In this document: positions 62,620 to 64,000 of the stretch, one piece after another | How positions within the stretch are numbered: the first letter of the stretch is position 1 | Layout: each line of letters opens with the position of its first letter | Assembly: GCA_963811535.1 (NCBI GenBank) | Contig: CAWERF010000008.1 | Coordinates: 35,703 to 99,702 of the forward strand | Direction: 5' to 3' | Length of the DNA stretch: 64,000 nt | DNA from: an uncultured Actinomycetota bacterium | Lineage (GTDB): Bacteria; Actinomycetota; Actinomycetes; Mycobacteriales; Mycobacteriaceae | The notes under the pieces: model-generated | What the model was told of the DNA's origin: nothing | Seen by the model: the letters and a program-made list of their open reading frames with translations, nothing else | Database searches by the model: none | Translations under genes and position numbers: made by a program

Positions 62620-63966
62620 TCAGCCGAGCCCGACCAGGTTGCCGCCGCGCTGCTCCAGAATCGTCGTTCCCGCCACAGCGGGCACGATCGGCCCGATGAC
62701 CGCGCCGCGGTCGACGGGGATCACGCGCTCGAGCGCACCGATGGGTGGATCGTAGACGCCGATGCCGTCGGTGACCGGGATCAGCAGCCGGTTGGCCATC
62801 ATCGTGCCGGGACCCAGCGGCACCGCGGTGCCGGCGTTCACGGTGTACTTGTAGGCCAGCGTCCCGGCGTCGAGCACGACGACGCTGTCACCGGTCCAGT
62901 ACGTGACGTAGGTGCCTGCATGCGACACCCTGCCGTTCGGCGCGGCGGGCTTGGGCAGCAGCGTGCTCGAGGTTTCCTTCCCGGTTTCGTCATAGATCAC
63001 GATCCGCGGTTGCGGTGTCGGCAGATACACGGCGGTGGTCAGGTCCGACACCGCAAGCACTTTCGCGCCGGAGTCGGCGCCGACGCCGGGTTGCTGGGCG
63101 TACCGCTGATCGGGTGAGACGTCCTCCTTGGCAACCTTGAGCATCGTCAGGCGAACGTTGGGGTTGTTCGGGCAGTTCTCCAGGATCGACACCGCCGACG
63201 TGCTTGCGGCCGATGACAGGAACTGGCACGGCGGCTTGGCCGGCACCGGCGGGTTAACCGGCGCGTCGATCGCGCCCCAGGCCAGCGTGCGCACCATGTC
63301 GGAGCGCCACATCTCGAGGTACGTGCGGCCGGCCGAGAGCACGGTCGTGCCGTCCGACGACAGCGCGACCTCTTTGTCGGCGTAGCCGCTGCGGGTCGGT
63401 CCCCGGTGCCCGGTCCGCGCGTCGACGGTGCTGACCTGGCCACAGCCGCGGTCGTCGGGATACACCGCGACCGCGACGTTGTAGATCCATGTCACCCCGC
63501 ACAGGTCGCGGTCACGGGCAAAGATCCAGCGCTGAACGCCGGTCGCGGGGTCGCGGCCCACCACTTCGTGCCCGGCGCCGGTGATCACGGCGCCTTCGAC
63601 GACGACCGGTTCGTCGGTGCGGGCGCTGGCCGCGGTCCACAGCTGTCGCACCGTGGCGGGGACAGCCTGGGCAGGCGCGAGCAGGGGCGCCGGCGTGGCG
63701 GCGGGTCGGCTGATCGTGGCACGGGCGTCGCTGGTCCACCAGATCAGCGCCGCGGCCACCGCGATGACCACGACGATCGCGGCCGCGGCCAACAGGTCGG
63801 CCCGGGTGCGGCGCTCGGGTTTGATCAACGGCCGGCTATGACGCGTTCGCGGTCGCTGCGCTGCGCGGTCGGCGACGCCGGCGGCGACGCCGGGGTGCGT
63901 CGCCGGCCTCCGGTTCGGCGGGCGCTTCAGCCCCATCGGTCCCCCCACCGTCGACAACGGCCGCAA
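62620..63966 (-). CDS. membrane-anchored PQQ-like beta-propeller protein (Rv3212-like, Ala/Val-rich)
   Basis: 448 aa. Basic N-terminus, one TM helix (LLAAAAIVVVIAVAAALIWW), then repeated beta-strand-rich segments. The start may be the internal ATG at 63936. Confidence 0.6.
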   Translation of the reverse strand: MRPLSTVGGPMGLKRPPNRRPATHPGVAAGVADRAAQRPRTRHSRPLIKPERRTRADLLAAAAIVVVIAVAAALIWWTSDARATISRPAATPAPLLAPAQAVPATVRQLWTAASARTDEPVVVEGAVITGAGHEVVGRDPATGVQRWIFARDRDLCGVTWIYNVAVAVYPDDRGCGQVSTVDARTGHRGPTRSGYADKEVALSSDGTTVLSAGRTYLEMWRSDMVRTLAWGAIDAPVNPPVPAKPPCQFLSSAASTSAVSILENCPNNPNVRLTMLKVAKEDVSPDQRYAQQPGVGADSGAKVLAVSDLTTAVYLPTPQPRIVIYDETGKETSSTLLPKPAAPNGRVSHAGTYVTYWTGDSVVVLDAGTLAYKYTVNAGTAVPLGPGTMMANRLLIPVTDGIGVYDPPIGALERVIPVDRGAVIGPIVPAVAGTTILEQRGGNLVGLG

Positions 63967-64000
63967 CGTGGCCGCTGGCGGGCTTGCCGCCGCGGGTGCG

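Overview
High-GC (about 68%) actinobacterial chromosome, clearly Mycobacterium. From memory, gene content and order match M. tuberculosis H37Rv Rv3268 to Rv3212 in reverse orientation; I could not run any search. The conserved backbone has four blocks. (1) Cell-wall sugar genes: LCP ligase, rmlD, wbbL, manB, pmmA, manA. (2) F420 synthesis and redox regulators: fbiA, fbiB, whiB2. (3) Growth and envelope control: sahH, tmk, mtrA, mtrB, lpqB, hpf, secA1. (4) Lipid, aromatic and regulatory genes: WS/DGAT, ppk2, the desA3 desaturase with its reductase, rsgA, aroA, sigH, rshA, pdtaS, whiB1, entC, gpm2 and a ParA-like ATPase. I found no rRNA, tRNA or CRISPR array. Most ORF-track entries are R/P/G-rich shadow frames of real genes. 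Differences from the M. tuberculosis layout are the interesting part: (a) a 5-kb insertion between sahH and tmk with a rhomboid-like protein, two convergent BatA-like VWA paralogues, and an MgtC plus second RodA-type SEDS pair; (b) loss of the alkB-rubA-rubB alkane hydroxylase locus, leaving a 22-codon rubB stub; (c) a roughly 7-kb stretch of truncated genes between desA3 and rsgA, possibly a decayed phiRv1-like element, ending in an intact IS110; (d) a second, different IS110 between a diacylglycerol-kinase gene and the whiB1 promoter; (e) small insertions, namely an alpha/beta hydrolase inside the rmlD-wbbL operon, a NUDIX gene coupled to fbiAB, and an LLM+SDR pair after aroA. Signals outside the ORF track: a 24-codon gene I recognise as ribosomal protein bL37; phased GTAGGTTAC operator-like arrays upstream of both genes of the desA3 system; long structured 5' leaders in both IS110 copies (bridge-RNA candidates); three short tandem duplications; and a perfect palindrome over the predicted whiB1 core promoter. 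No clear new multi-gene system emerged; the findings rank what I consider worth checking. Start codons were refined by hand from the track and remain uncertain by a few codons in places.
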